Shown: piece after piece, positions 41,111 to 50,022 of the stretch
How positions within the stretch are numbered: position 1 is the stretch's first letter
Layout of the letters: the number at the start of each line of letters is the position of its first letter
Assembly: GCA_018238155.1 (NCBI GenBank)
Contig: JABCTZ010000012.1
Coordinates: forward strand, 1-64,000
Direction of reading: 5' to 3'
Length of the DNA stretch: 64,000 nt
From: Candidatus Heimdallarchaeota archaeon
GTDB lineage: Archaea; Asgardarchaeota; Heimdallarchaeia; JABLTI01
The notes under the pieces: model-generated
What the model was told of the DNA's origin: nothing
The model's database searches: none
What the model saw: only the letters and a program-made list of their open reading frames with translations
Program-made: the position numbers and the translations under genes

Positions 41111-41656
41111 GTGGATCTGATTCAAATGTTAACGGCAGAAAAATTACCGAAAATAGTAGCTGAACTTTTGGTTTTAGAAGAGATTGGATGTACCTATGAT
41201 TTCAAAGAACGCTTTGAAGTTGGGTTAAATAGTTTAGAAGTTTTAGGCTTGGTTAAGCTTATCAAAACACGTATCCCAAGATGTGGAGATCATTGTACAA
41301 AATATCGTGATTGTCAATATATAGCATTGTTTGAAAAACGAAAAAGTAAAACAAAATATCGATTAACAAAAGAAGGGAAAAATCTGGCCGATTATCTTTC
41401 TTCAGAAACAGTTACTAGTAAGAATATAAAATTATTACTTCAAAGAGAATTCAGCAATTATTCTTTTGTAGATTTAATATTGTCTCTTCTGATGGATAGT
41501 CCTGAAATTTCAGTTGAGAAATTGGTCTCGAGTATAATAGCAAATACAAATTTAGCTCTTTATAGTATTCGCACTTCAATAAAGGACATTTTAGATTTAC
41601 TAACAACTTTAGAGATACTAATTATAGATGAAGGTAAAATAACTACTTATACTTAA
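41111..41656 (+). CDS. Tandem winged-helix protein with a Cys-rich insertion
   Basis: LEVLGLV...YRLTKEG wHTH with CGDHC-x5-C in the wing; second wHTH ends LLTTLEILIIDEG. Confidence 0.65.
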   Translation: MDLIQMLTAEKLPKIVAELLVLEEIGCTYDFKERFEVGLNSLEVLGLVKLIKTRIPRCGDHCTKYRDCQYIALFEKRKSKTKYRLTKEGKNLADYLSSETVTSKNIKLLLQREFSNYSFVDLILSLLMDSPEISVEKLVSSIIANTNLALYSIRTSIKDILDLLTTLEILIIDEGKITTYT

Positions 41657-41766
41657 AGAATGCTTATTAAGAGGTATTTAGTTTGATATTATTGTTAATT
41701 TAGCTATAAAGAGGCAAAGATATTTCATAATCATTAATCATTCAAATTTAGAGCTTAAATTGAGTT

Positions 41767-44064
41767 GTGCTGAAAATGTCATTGAAAAAAGTAAGTAGTT
41801 CATTACTAAGTCAAATTGGTTTCTCAGAACTAGAGCAGCAAGTATATTTAACGATTCTGGGAATAGGCAATGCATCCTTGGGTGAAATGTATCTTCAAAC
41901 GGGGATATCTTTTGAAGATTTACAAAATGTTGTTGATGAATTATCTGATAGAGGTTATCTTAAGAAAATAGCCGGTAAAATCAATAGATATATTGCTGTT
42001 GAACCATTTCTTAAGGGATTTTTATTTGTTGAAAAGGAATTTCAAAATGATATTATTGGCATTGAAAATTCATTAATTAATTCTTTTGATACTAGTTATG
42101 ATAAATTAAATCTTAGCATGGACAATTTCATTGGGTCAATTAGTCCCATTTATGATAAAATAGTAGAAGAGCTGCGCCTTTCTAATGAAAAGTTAAAGAT
42201 GGATCTAACAAATTCTATCTATCGTCATTCTGATAAAATCTCTAATCTTGCAGAAAGTTTTGATGTTATACTTTCTGAAGGCTTCTCTAAAACGTATTTA
42301 TCTATTAGCAATGAGCTTTCAAATCTTAGTAATGAAATAAGTGTTATTCTTCGTGAAGAATCTACTAATGCTACTACTCGATTGCAAACTTTTGAACAAA
42401 TAACAAACCAAACACTTACAAATATTATTCAACCATTAGATGATTCAATAATTGAATATAAAGCGTCTGCACCTGTTAAACAAAAATTAATTTTAGATGA
42501 ACACAGACACGAAATATCTAATCTTCAAAAGAATATCAAATCAATCACTAAACTAAGTTTGAAAGATATTGCTACATCCCTTAAGGAATTCGAGAAGGAA
42601 TTTTTAGAACTTCTTTCTACAGCTTCAAATGGATATGCAACGGTCATCAAAGATTACAAAACAGCTACTCACACATTAGTGAGTGAAAAGAAGAAAAAAT
42701 TAGATGGTGCAGTAGTAAAACTTGTACAATATATTGGCAAAAATGTCGATCAACTTTCACAAGAAGCTCATAACTTGAAAGGAAATATAGATGAATTAAC
42801 TAAAACTGGTTTATTGAAACGCCCTCCTCCTCAATTAGTACAAGAAGCAAAAGAACGTGCAGATAAAATCGATCGTTTATCAATAGATATCAAAGGTGCT
42901 TATGATGAAGCCCTTAAAACATATCAGAAGGATATCATAGAAGGTCTGAACGACTTTATAAAAATAAATGATGCTTTATTAACTAAACAACTTGCAGGTG
43001 GAAATAGCCAGATCAAAGCTCTTAAAATTAAGATTGCTAGTACCTGGACTGCTATAGCAAAGAAATATGAGACTGATTTAACAGCTGCTGTCAAAGAAGT
43101 GCTAAAGGAATCCAACCCAAAACTCACAAGTACCTCTAAAGAGGCATTCAATAATACGCTCAAGCATATTGAGGTTCTAAAAAACAGTGTTTCAGTAATT
43201 TTAGCTCCATTAAAGGATGTTATCTTTAAGGATCTTGAAGATTGTATGGAAAACCTCTTTTTGAATTCAGCAAAGAGATTGCGATATCATAATGATTCTA
43301 ATAATAAATCATTGGAAACAATACGCCATCTAACTGATGATATGAAATTTGTTTTCAAGAATCAAGTACAAGAAGAATTGAGTAAACCAAAGCAAATTGC
43401 TTCTGAAATGATAAGCGATTATACCAGTACACTTGACAACTATCTAACCACTCTCAATAGAGATCAAGGTGCAACTCTTGATACAATTACAACAGCAGCA
43501 GAAACTTTCCTCAATGTCTTGAAGGATTCATACTCAACTTCGAGTAATGAAATCTCCAACCGATTAGCGGCAATTATTTACAAGGTCAACGAAACTAAAA
43601 CATATCTCCAAGAAATCACCAATGCTGTGGATCAAATTCTTCCTGTTCCAAAACCACATTCAATCATTGTTTATGGCAATCAAAATTCAATGAATACTAT
43701 TTACGATATGCTCCTTCGTACTCGGTCAACTTGCACTATTGTAGTTCCAACAATTGATCAATATCTTGTTGATCTTCTTTCTAAACAAGTCTCAAAGAGA
43801 GTACGAATAAGAATATTAGCTGATGTAGATCCATTCAGAGATGAAGCGATGGTTGCAGCTTTGAAACAACAAGGCAATATTACTATTTGGAATTACAATA
43901 TGAGAGACTTCTTTGCAGTTACTCGAGATGGTGCCGAAGTATTACTTGCTCCTGTCACTCGAGATGGTGAGCTGACAAGTTTCGTTACAGAACAAGATGC
44001 TTTAGTAAGAGCAATTCAACAAATTATCAATGCATCTTTCATGGCTCGTTCAAAAGAAGTTTAA
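41767..44064 (+). CDS. TrmB-family HTH + long helical/coiled-coil region + TrmB-type (PLD-like) C-terminal domain
   Basis: GFSELEQQVYLTIL...LSDRGYL...YIAVEP at the N-terminus; about 545 aa helical region; C-terminal IVVP...RVRILAD...TRDGAEVLLAP. Confidence 0.8.
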   Translation: MLKMSLKKVSSSLLSQIGFSELEQQVYLTILGIGNASLGEMYLQTGISFEDLQNVVDELSDRGYLKKIAGKINRYIAVEPFLKGFLFVEKEFQNDIIGIENSLINSFDTSYDKLNLSMDNFIGSISPIYDKIVEELRLSNEKLKMDLTNSIYRHSDKISNLAESFDVILSEGFSKTYLSISNELSNLSNEISVILREESTNATTRLQTFEQITNQTLTNIIQPLDDSIIEYKASAPVKQKLILDEHRHEISNLQKNIKSITKLSLKDIATSLKEFEKEFLELLSTASNGYATVIKDYKTATHTLVSEKKKKLDGAVVKLVQYIGKNVDQLSQEAHNLKGNIDELTKTGLLKRPPPQLVQEAKERADKIDRLSIDIKGAYDEALKTYQKDIIEGLNDFIKINDALLTKQLAGGNSQIKALKIKIASTWTAIAKKYETDLTAAVKEVLKESNPKLTSTSKEAFNNTLKHIEVLKNSVSVILAPLKDVIFKDLEDCMENLFLNSAKRLRYHNDSNNKSLETIRHLTDDMKFVFKNQVQEELSKPKQIASEMISDYTSTLDNYLTTLNRDQGATLDTITTAAETFLNVLKDSYSTSSNEISNRLAAIIYKVNETKTYLQEITNAVDQILPVPKPHSIIVYGNQNSMNTIYDMLLRTRSTCTIVVPTIDQYLVDLLSKQVSKRVRIRILADVDPFRDEAMVAALKQQGNITIWNYNMRDFFAVTRDGAEVLLAPVTRDGELTSFVTEQDALVRAIQQIINASFMARSKEV

Positions 44065-44092
44065 AACAGAATAATGATTTGTTGATTGTTAG

Positions 44093-44779
44093 TCATTTGA
44101 AAATGGTTAACAATCTCTGAATTTCTTTAAACCAATTCGAAATACTTTTTTGAATAACTTTCTTAGTTTTATCTGGCACATGCCATAGTTCTATAAGATC
44201 AAATTCTCTTTTAGATGTTTCAAACATGTTTTTGAGGAGTGCCAGAACAATTTTGTTCTTTTTCATCAATTTACGTGAAACAGCACTTAGTGGAATTGGT
44301 TGTTCCTTACCAAAGGATTCCAATATACCCAAAATTCCTAGACAGCTGCTTTCAAGAAAAACATCAAAGGAATTTGTCAAGGGGATGTAAACGTGATATG
44401 CAGGCATAGTTAAGAGAACTAAGGGATTGCCATCTGGATCAAGATTTTTCATATCAAGTAAGTAAAATGCTTCTTCATCGTTTGTTGCAAATAAAATAAA
44501 ACGATTATCGGGAAGATGATTTACTTTTTTCCTAGTAAGAATGAGGTTTTCACATGAATTTATCAGTAGGTGTGATGGGTCCTCTAAATCATCTAGAAAA
44601 TACTCGGAATCAATCATTAAACCATTTGTTTGCTCGTAAAAAAGTTTCAAATGATCTGGTAATTCCATGTTCTTAAAAAATAATAGTTCTTTAATATGGA
44701 TGCGAGTGAGTCCATTGTAAAAAGTGACTTCTACTCTTGAATCATCTAAATAATTATCCAGTATCTGAATTTTCTTCAC
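44093..44779 (-). CDS. SMI1/KNR4-family protein
   Basis: LPDHLKLFYEQTNG, ILFA...YLLD, LTNSFDVFLE. Confidence 0.7.
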   Translation of the reverse strand: MKKIQILDNYLDDSRVEVTFYNGLTRIHIKELLFFKNMELPDHLKLFYEQTNGLMIDSEYFLDDLEDPSHLLINSCENLILTRKKVNHLPDNRFILFATNDEEAFYLLDMKNLDPDGNPLVLLTMPAYHVYIPLTNSFDVFLESSCLGILGILESFGKEQPIPLSAVSRKLMKKNKIVLALLKNMFETSKREFDLIELWHVPDKTKKVIQKSISNWFKEIQRLLTIFK

Positions 44780-44863
44780 CTACAAATGTTCTTGAATAAA
44801 TTGGATTAATATTGTTTTTTTAAGTTAAAAAAAGAGATGGAATAGAAGAAGACAAAGCTGTGC

Positions 44864-45496
44864 CTACTTCATTAGTTCCTTCATTGTATTGTAACCTTTG
44901 TCGAATGCTTCGATATTTGTTGCAATAACTTTTTCGTTTTTCTTAAAACGCATATTAAGTGCTTTGATAAGTGATTCTTTTGTAAGAGGAAAGTTTGGTA
45001 TAGCAAAGAGAGCTCCTACTAGGACAACATTTTGAGTTCTTGTATCACCAACTTCAGAAGCTAATTTGAAGGCATCAATTAGGAAAACATTGTTGGTATA
45101 TTTCTTAATGATAGTAAGAATGTCTTCTGTTTCGGGGTATTTTCCTCCTTTCTTAGCACTCAGACTAGGTGGGATGATTTTGTGACTATTCATAATAACA
45201 TACCCATCTTTAGGAATGATTTTGCGAATAGCTCGGGCAGTTTCTCCAAGCTCAAAACTTAAGAGAACATTTGCGTCACCATCTGCAATTAGAGGACCAC
45301 TAACAGGTCCAAAGCGAATTTCGGTGTTAACAACACCACCTCTTTGAGCCATACCATGTATTTCACTTTGCACCACAAAAATATCCTGGACTAATGCTGA
45401 GTTACCAATAAGCATGGCTGCAGTGAGGACACCTGTTCCACCTACTCCTGCAATTTCAATTTGATATGGTTTATCTAATTTAGTCATTTCATTCAC
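44864..45496 (-). CDS. iorB: Indolepyruvate:ferredoxin oxidoreductase beta subunit
   Basis: AGVGGTG, EIHGMAQRGG, NIEAFDKG. Confidence 0.92.
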   Translation of the reverse strand: MNEMTKLDKPYQIEIAGVGGTGVLTAAMLIGNSALVQDIFVVQSEIHGMAQRGGVVNTEIRFGPVSGPLIADGDANVLLSFELGETARAIRKIIPKDGYVIMNSHKIIPPSLSAKKGGKYPETEDILTIIKKYTNNVFLIDAFKLASEVGDTRTQNVVLVGALFAIPNFPLTKESLIKALNMRFKKNEKVIATNIEAFDKGYNTMKELMK

Positions 45497-47391
45497 CTTT
45501 TAGTAAAAGCATCGTAGGGACAGATTATTCTACAGACGCCACATCCAATACAAGTCGCTTCATCAACAAAAGCTTTCTTTTTCTCATAATCGAATGTAAT
45601 TGATGGACAAGCAAAAGTCCGCACACAAGTTCTGCATCCAATACAGATGTCTTCATCTACGAAAAACTTTTCGATTTTCTCTTTAGCTCTTTTTGCTAAT
45701 CGAGCGTATTCTAAAGCACAATCTCTTCTTGAGATGATTACAGAGAGCTCTCCACTATCAAGTGCTTTTCCTATGACTTCTATAGTATGTTCGAGGTCAT
45801 ATGGATCAACTATCTCAAGATTTTTGATCCCAATTCCTTTGCAAACTTGTTCGATAGTTACAATACCTGCAGGTTCACCAAAAGCTGTTTTACCTAATTC
45901 TGGTGTTGGTTGACCGCCTGTCATTGCTGTTAGATGATTGTCAACAATTACTAAGACAAACTTTGCATTGTTTACGATAGCATTAACTAAAGCGGGAATA
46001 CCCGTGTGGAAGAATGTACTATCTCCTATTACAGGAATAATTGTTTGATTTGTTGCATGAGCCAATCCATTTGCAATACCTATTGATGAACCCATTGAAA
46101 CAGTAGTATCAACAGAGCTCAGAGGAGCCATAAATCCAAGTGTATAACAACCAATGTCTCCTGGCATTATTGCTTTGATTTGCCGTTTCTTTGTCGCTTT
46201 TTTAATTGCTATGAATGTTGCTCTATGAGGACAGCCTGGACAAAGCTCAGGAGGTCTGATTGGTAATTGTCCATTAATCTCTGTTTGAGATGGCAAGTCA
46301 TCTTCATGTTCAACAATTTTTAAATCCATAACTTTTGTGAAAGCACGTTTCAAAATCAGTGGATTCAGTTCATTTGAAATTGGGATAGCTCCTTCCTTTC
46401 TTCCAAATATTTTAACATTAATACCATTTTCTGCTGCTAAAGCCTTCACCAACAATTCAAAGTAAGGTTCAACTTCTTCAGCAATAAGACATTTAGGATT
46501 TTCTTTTAATAATTCAATTATTTTCGCTTCTGGAAGGGGGTTGCTAAAACCTATTTTATAAATAGTGGGATCAATATTCATTTCTCTTATGGCGTCAATT
46601 ACGTAAGTGTATGAAACACCAGAAGTAATAACTAGTAATGGATCTTTTCCTTTGGTTACAACATTCCATTTAGATTTACATGAATAATCTTTCATTTTAT
46701 CTAGCTTTTGCAATAAAAGTGGTTTTGCTTTTCGAGCGCTACTTGGCAAACAAACGAATTTTTCCGGGTTCTTAACAAATTCACCTTTAATATCTTCTCT
46801 CTTTGCAGGGATTTTACCAGTTACAACTGGAGCCCGAGAATGACTTAATCGTGTTGTAGAGCGTATGATAATCATTGATTCATTTTTTTCAGAGAAATCA
46901 TAAGCGTATTTTACCATATCCAGTGCTTCTTGTGGAGTCGATGGTTCCATACAAATTGCGTGTGCAGCGAGTGCATACATTCTTGTGTCTTGTTCATTTT
47001 GACTCGAGTGAAAGCTTGGATCATCAGCAATGCACATAACAAATCCACCTTTCATCCCACCAAATAATGCTGCAGTAAAGAATGGATCTGCTGCAACATT
47101 TAGTCCTACATGTTTTGCTACAGTAAAGGAACGTAAACCGCTCCATGCAGCACCCAATGCCACTTCAAAGGCAATTTTTTCGTTGATTGACCACTCTGCA
47201 TGCATTCCAGTATCTTTTCCGAATAAGGCAATATTCTCCATAATTTCAGTTGAAGGAGTACCAGGATATGCAGCAGCGACATCAACACCAGCTTCTAAGA
47301 CACCTCTAGCTATGGCTTCATTGCCACTCAAAAGCATCTTAGTTATTTTATCTGACAATTTAGTTAACCTTCTGTTTCTTTTTCTATACAA
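45493..47391 (-). CDS. iorA: Indolepyruvate:ferredoxin oxidoreductase alpha subunit
   Basis: GNEAIARG, YPGTPSTE, KHVGLNVAAD, SSQNEQD, CPGCPH, GDSTFFH, 2x[4Fe-4S]. True start is probably slightly downstream (TTG near 47358). Confidence 0.95.
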   Translation of the reverse strand: MYRKRNRRLTKLSDKITKMLLSGNEAIARGVLEAGVDVAAAYPGTPSTEIMENIALFGKDTGMHAEWSINEKIAFEVALGAAWSGLRSFTVAKHVGLNVAADPFFTAALFGGMKGGFVMCIADDPSFHSSQNEQDTRMYALAAHAICMEPSTPQEALDMVKYAYDFSEKNESMIIIRSTTRLSHSRAPVVTGKIPAKREDIKGEFVKNPEKFVCLPSSARKAKPLLLQKLDKMKDYSCKSKWNVVTKGKDPLLVITSGVSYTYVIDAIREMNIDPTIYKIGFSNPLPEAKIIELLKENPKCLIAEEVEPYFELLVKALAAENGINVKIFGRKEGAIPISNELNPLILKRAFTKVMDLKIVEHEDDLPSQTEINGQLPIRPPELCPGCPHRATFIAIKKATKKRQIKAIMPGDIGCYTLGFMAPLSSVDTTVSMGSSIGIANGLAHATNQTIIPVIGDSTFFHTGIPALVNAIVNNAKFVLVIVDNHLTAMTGGQPTPELGKTAFGEPAGIVTIEQVCKGIGIKNLEIVDPYDLEHTIEVIGKALDSGELSVIISRRDCALEYARLAKRAKEKIEKFFVDEDICIGCRTCVRTFACPSITFDYEKKKAFVDEATCIGCGVCRIICPYDAFTKR

Positions 47392-47620
47392 AATGAAAGT
47401 TCAACTCTATCTTTTGACTTTTCATCAAATTTAGTTGTTGTGACTTTCTTAATATCTGTAATATTCCATTTAATATCTGAATGATACCAAAAATATTAGG
47501 TCGGAAGACCCTTTTTAACTTCTTTCTTCTCTCTACTTTTGATAAAGGTTTCCTAGAAATCAAAAGTTTTTTAATTACATATAATAAGGACACATTAGAC
47601 TTTTGCTTTTGAAACGGTGA

Positions 47621-48682
47621 TTGATTATGAATACAATGGAATGGATTTGGTTAGCAATAATATTTGTTTTTGCATTTGGAGCAACCTTCTTTCTAACTTG
47701 GTTTCTAAGTAAATACTTTCTGAATAAAGGCATTTATGGTCACGATGTTCATAAAGCAACTAAACCAAAAGTAGCAGAAATGGGTGGAGTCGGTTTTGTC
47801 ATCGTTATGTTAGTTGTAATCATTAGCTGCATTTTTATTTACCGAGACTTTTGGCAACACTTCACTGTAGCAGCAATTGCCATCTTACTTGTGGGCTTGA
47901 TTGGCATTTGGGATGATTTGAAAACTTTAGGAGCAATTACAAAACCTTTCTTATTATTAATACCTAGTTTACCGATTATAATTTGGCAATTAATTGCCAA
48001 TCCTTCCCTTGTAAACGAAGAGCTCATGCTCTTTTTCCCAAATCCATACTTGCCTTTAATTGGTTCAATTAGAATAACAGTTATTTATTGGCTTTTAGTT
48101 CCATTTGCAATTACTGTTCTTTCTAACTCAACAAATATGTTAGATGTTATGAATGGTTCTTCTCCAGTTACTATGATGTTTGTTTCTGGAACAGCAATAA
48201 TTTCCACTATCGTGCTCTATGTTAAAGGCGTAGTCAATGTACCTGGTATAGTCTTGTCAATTTTGCTATTCAGTTGTTTATTCGCATTCTTTTGGTTTAA
48301 TAGATATCCCGCAAAGATTTTCTGTGGAGACACGGGAAGTTTAACAATGGGTGCCATGATAGCTTTAATAGCGATTTTTGGTCGTATAGAATTAATAATC
48401 ATAATCGCAATGATGCCTCAGATAATGAATGCATTCCAGATTATTTCAAGTGTTCGTGGTTTTAGAGAACGAAGACAAATAAAAGAGCGACCAATAAAAG
48501 TACTTAAGGATGATAAAATGGCAGCAAATCCTCATAGAAAAGCACCTCTAACATTGACTCGTTGGATTGTTGCAAGAGAACCTTTGAAAGAGTTTGAAAT
48601 AGTCTCATCTATGGGTCTGATATCATTCTTTTCGAGTTTGTTAGGTATTGCTACTATGCTTTTAATCGTAATTGCAATGTAA
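47621..48682 (+). CDS. Polyprenyl-phosphate GlcNAc-1-phosphate transferase (AglH/ALG7, MraY-like)
   Basis: DVHK...EMGG, GIWDD, NMLDVMNG, NRYPAKIFCGDTG. Confidence 0.88.
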   Translation: MIMNTMEWIWLAIIFVFAFGATFFLTWFLSKYFLNKGIYGHDVHKATKPKVAEMGGVGFVIVMLVVIISCIFIYRDFWQHFTVAAIAILLVGLIGIWDDLKTLGAITKPFLLLIPSLPIIIWQLIANPSLVNEELMLFFPNPYLPLIGSIRITVIYWLLVPFAITVLSNSTNMLDVMNGSSPVTMMFVSGTAIISTIVLYVKGVVNVPGIVLSILLFSCLFAFFWFNRYPAKIFCGDTGSLTMGAMIALIAIFGRIELIIIIAMMPQIMNAFQIISSVRGFRERRQIKERPIKVLKDDKMAANPHRKAPLTLTRWIVAREPLKEFEIVSSMGLISFFSSLLGIATMLLIVIAM

Positions 48683-48814
48683 AAATGCCTTTTTCGCCCT
48701 TTTTCGCTCAATGTATTCTCTAGATAGCATCACCATTGATACCAGAAAAATGTCTTGGTCGCACACGGGTTTTTAATATTTCAACTCTATTTGTACATAT
48801 ATCAGGTGAGGACA

Positions 48815-49954
48815 ATGGAATCTTTTATCAAAAATATCACTGAAAAAGAGCAAGTACCAAAGCTCTTTACAACTGAAGAATCAAAGTATGACTCTCAAGA
48901 TGTTGATCAAGATTTACGAAGGATTATTGAGGACATCCAAGCGAAAATATTGGTTATAGGCGTTGGTGGTGCGGGAAATAACGCAGTCACAAGATTAAAC
49001 CAATCTGGCCTTGTTGGAGCAATCACTCTAACAGCAAACACTGATGCACAACAATTGCTCTTCTCAAAGAGTCATAAGAAGATGCTCTTAGGTAGAGAGC
49101 TCTGCAGAGGACTTGGTGCAGGTAATGATCCACAAATAGGTGCAGAAGCTGCTGATGAATCAAGTGAAACCTTGAAAGGAATTCTAACACAAGTTGACAT
49201 GGTCTTTATTGTTTGTGGACTTGGTGGTGGAACCGGAACTGGTGCTGCCCCTGTTATTGCACGTTTAGCTAAAAATCTGGGCGTTTTAACAGTATCAATA
49301 TGCACTCTCCCATTTGATGTCGAAGGAAAGATGAAAGCTCTACATGCTAAAGAAGGTTTGAGAAGATTATATGAAAGCAGTGACACAACAATTGTTGTTC
49401 CAAATGAAAAATTAATTGAAATTGTTCCTGAACTATCATTAAAAGAAGCTTTCTTAGTTGCAGATGAAATACTCATTCGTGCTGTTACCGGATTAACGGA
49501 ACTTATTAATCGACCAGGAGATGTTAATGTTGATTTCGCAGATGTTCGTCGAGTTCTAGGTGAAGGTGGAGCGGCAATAATTGGTCTTGGAGAATCTAGC
49601 AGTGCAGATAATAGAGCTAAAGAAGCTGTTGAAGATGCTTTAAGCAATCCATTGCTCGAAGTTGATATTCGTACTGCGAAAAGTGTTTTGCTAAATATTA
49701 CTGGTGGTAAAGATCTCAATCTAAAGCAAACAGAAGAAGTTATACGTGCTGTAACAGATCAACTCAGTACAGATATCATCGTTAAATTTGGTGTTTTGAT
49801 TGATCCCGATCTTCAAGGAACAATTAGAGCAACAATAGTTGTTTCCGGAGTTAGAAGCCCCTATATTCTTTCAAATATGCAAGATTCACCTTCCACAGAA
49901 ATGGATTATGATTTAGAAGACGACCTTGATTTAGGGCTCGAAACATTTGAATAA
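48815..49954 (+). CDS. ftsZ: Cell division protein FtsZ
   Basis: GVGGAGNN, NTDAQ, GLGAG, GGGTGTG, NVDFAD; ATG at 48815 behind GGTGAGG. Confidence 0.97.
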   Translation: MESFIKNITEKEQVPKLFTTEESKYDSQDVDQDLRRIIEDIQAKILVIGVGGAGNNAVTRLNQSGLVGAITLTANTDAQQLLFSKSHKKMLLGRELCRGLGAGNDPQIGAEAADESSETLKGILTQVDMVFIVCGLGGGTGTGAAPVIARLAKNLGVLTVSICTLPFDVEGKMKALHAKEGLRRLYESSDTTIVVPNEKLIEIVPELSLKEAFLVADEILIRAVTGLTELINRPGDVNVDFADVRRVLGEGGAAIIGLGESSSADNRAKEAVEDALSNPLLEVDIRTAKSVLLNITGGKDLNLKQTEEVIRAVTDQLSTDIIVKFGVLIDPDLQGTIRATIVVSGVRSPYILSNMQDSPSTEMDYDLEDDLDLGLETFE

Positions 49955-49963
49955 ATACAAAAA

Positions 49964-49991
49964 GAAAAGGAGAGCCTTCTTTCTCCTTTTC
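49964..49991. terminator. Hairpin between ftsZ and the convergent MFS gene
   Basis: GAAAAGGAGA-N8-TCTCCTTTTC 10-bp inverted repeat flanked by A/T tracts. Confidence 0.55.
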
Positions 49992-50022
49992 AATTATTTT
50001 TCTTTAAGAATTGTTTTGTTAT

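Noticed and set aside
49072-49719. 215-aa antisense ORF inside ftsZ, and other short antisense or nested ORFs
   Set aside because: Shadow ORFs of real genes with no recognisable motifs.
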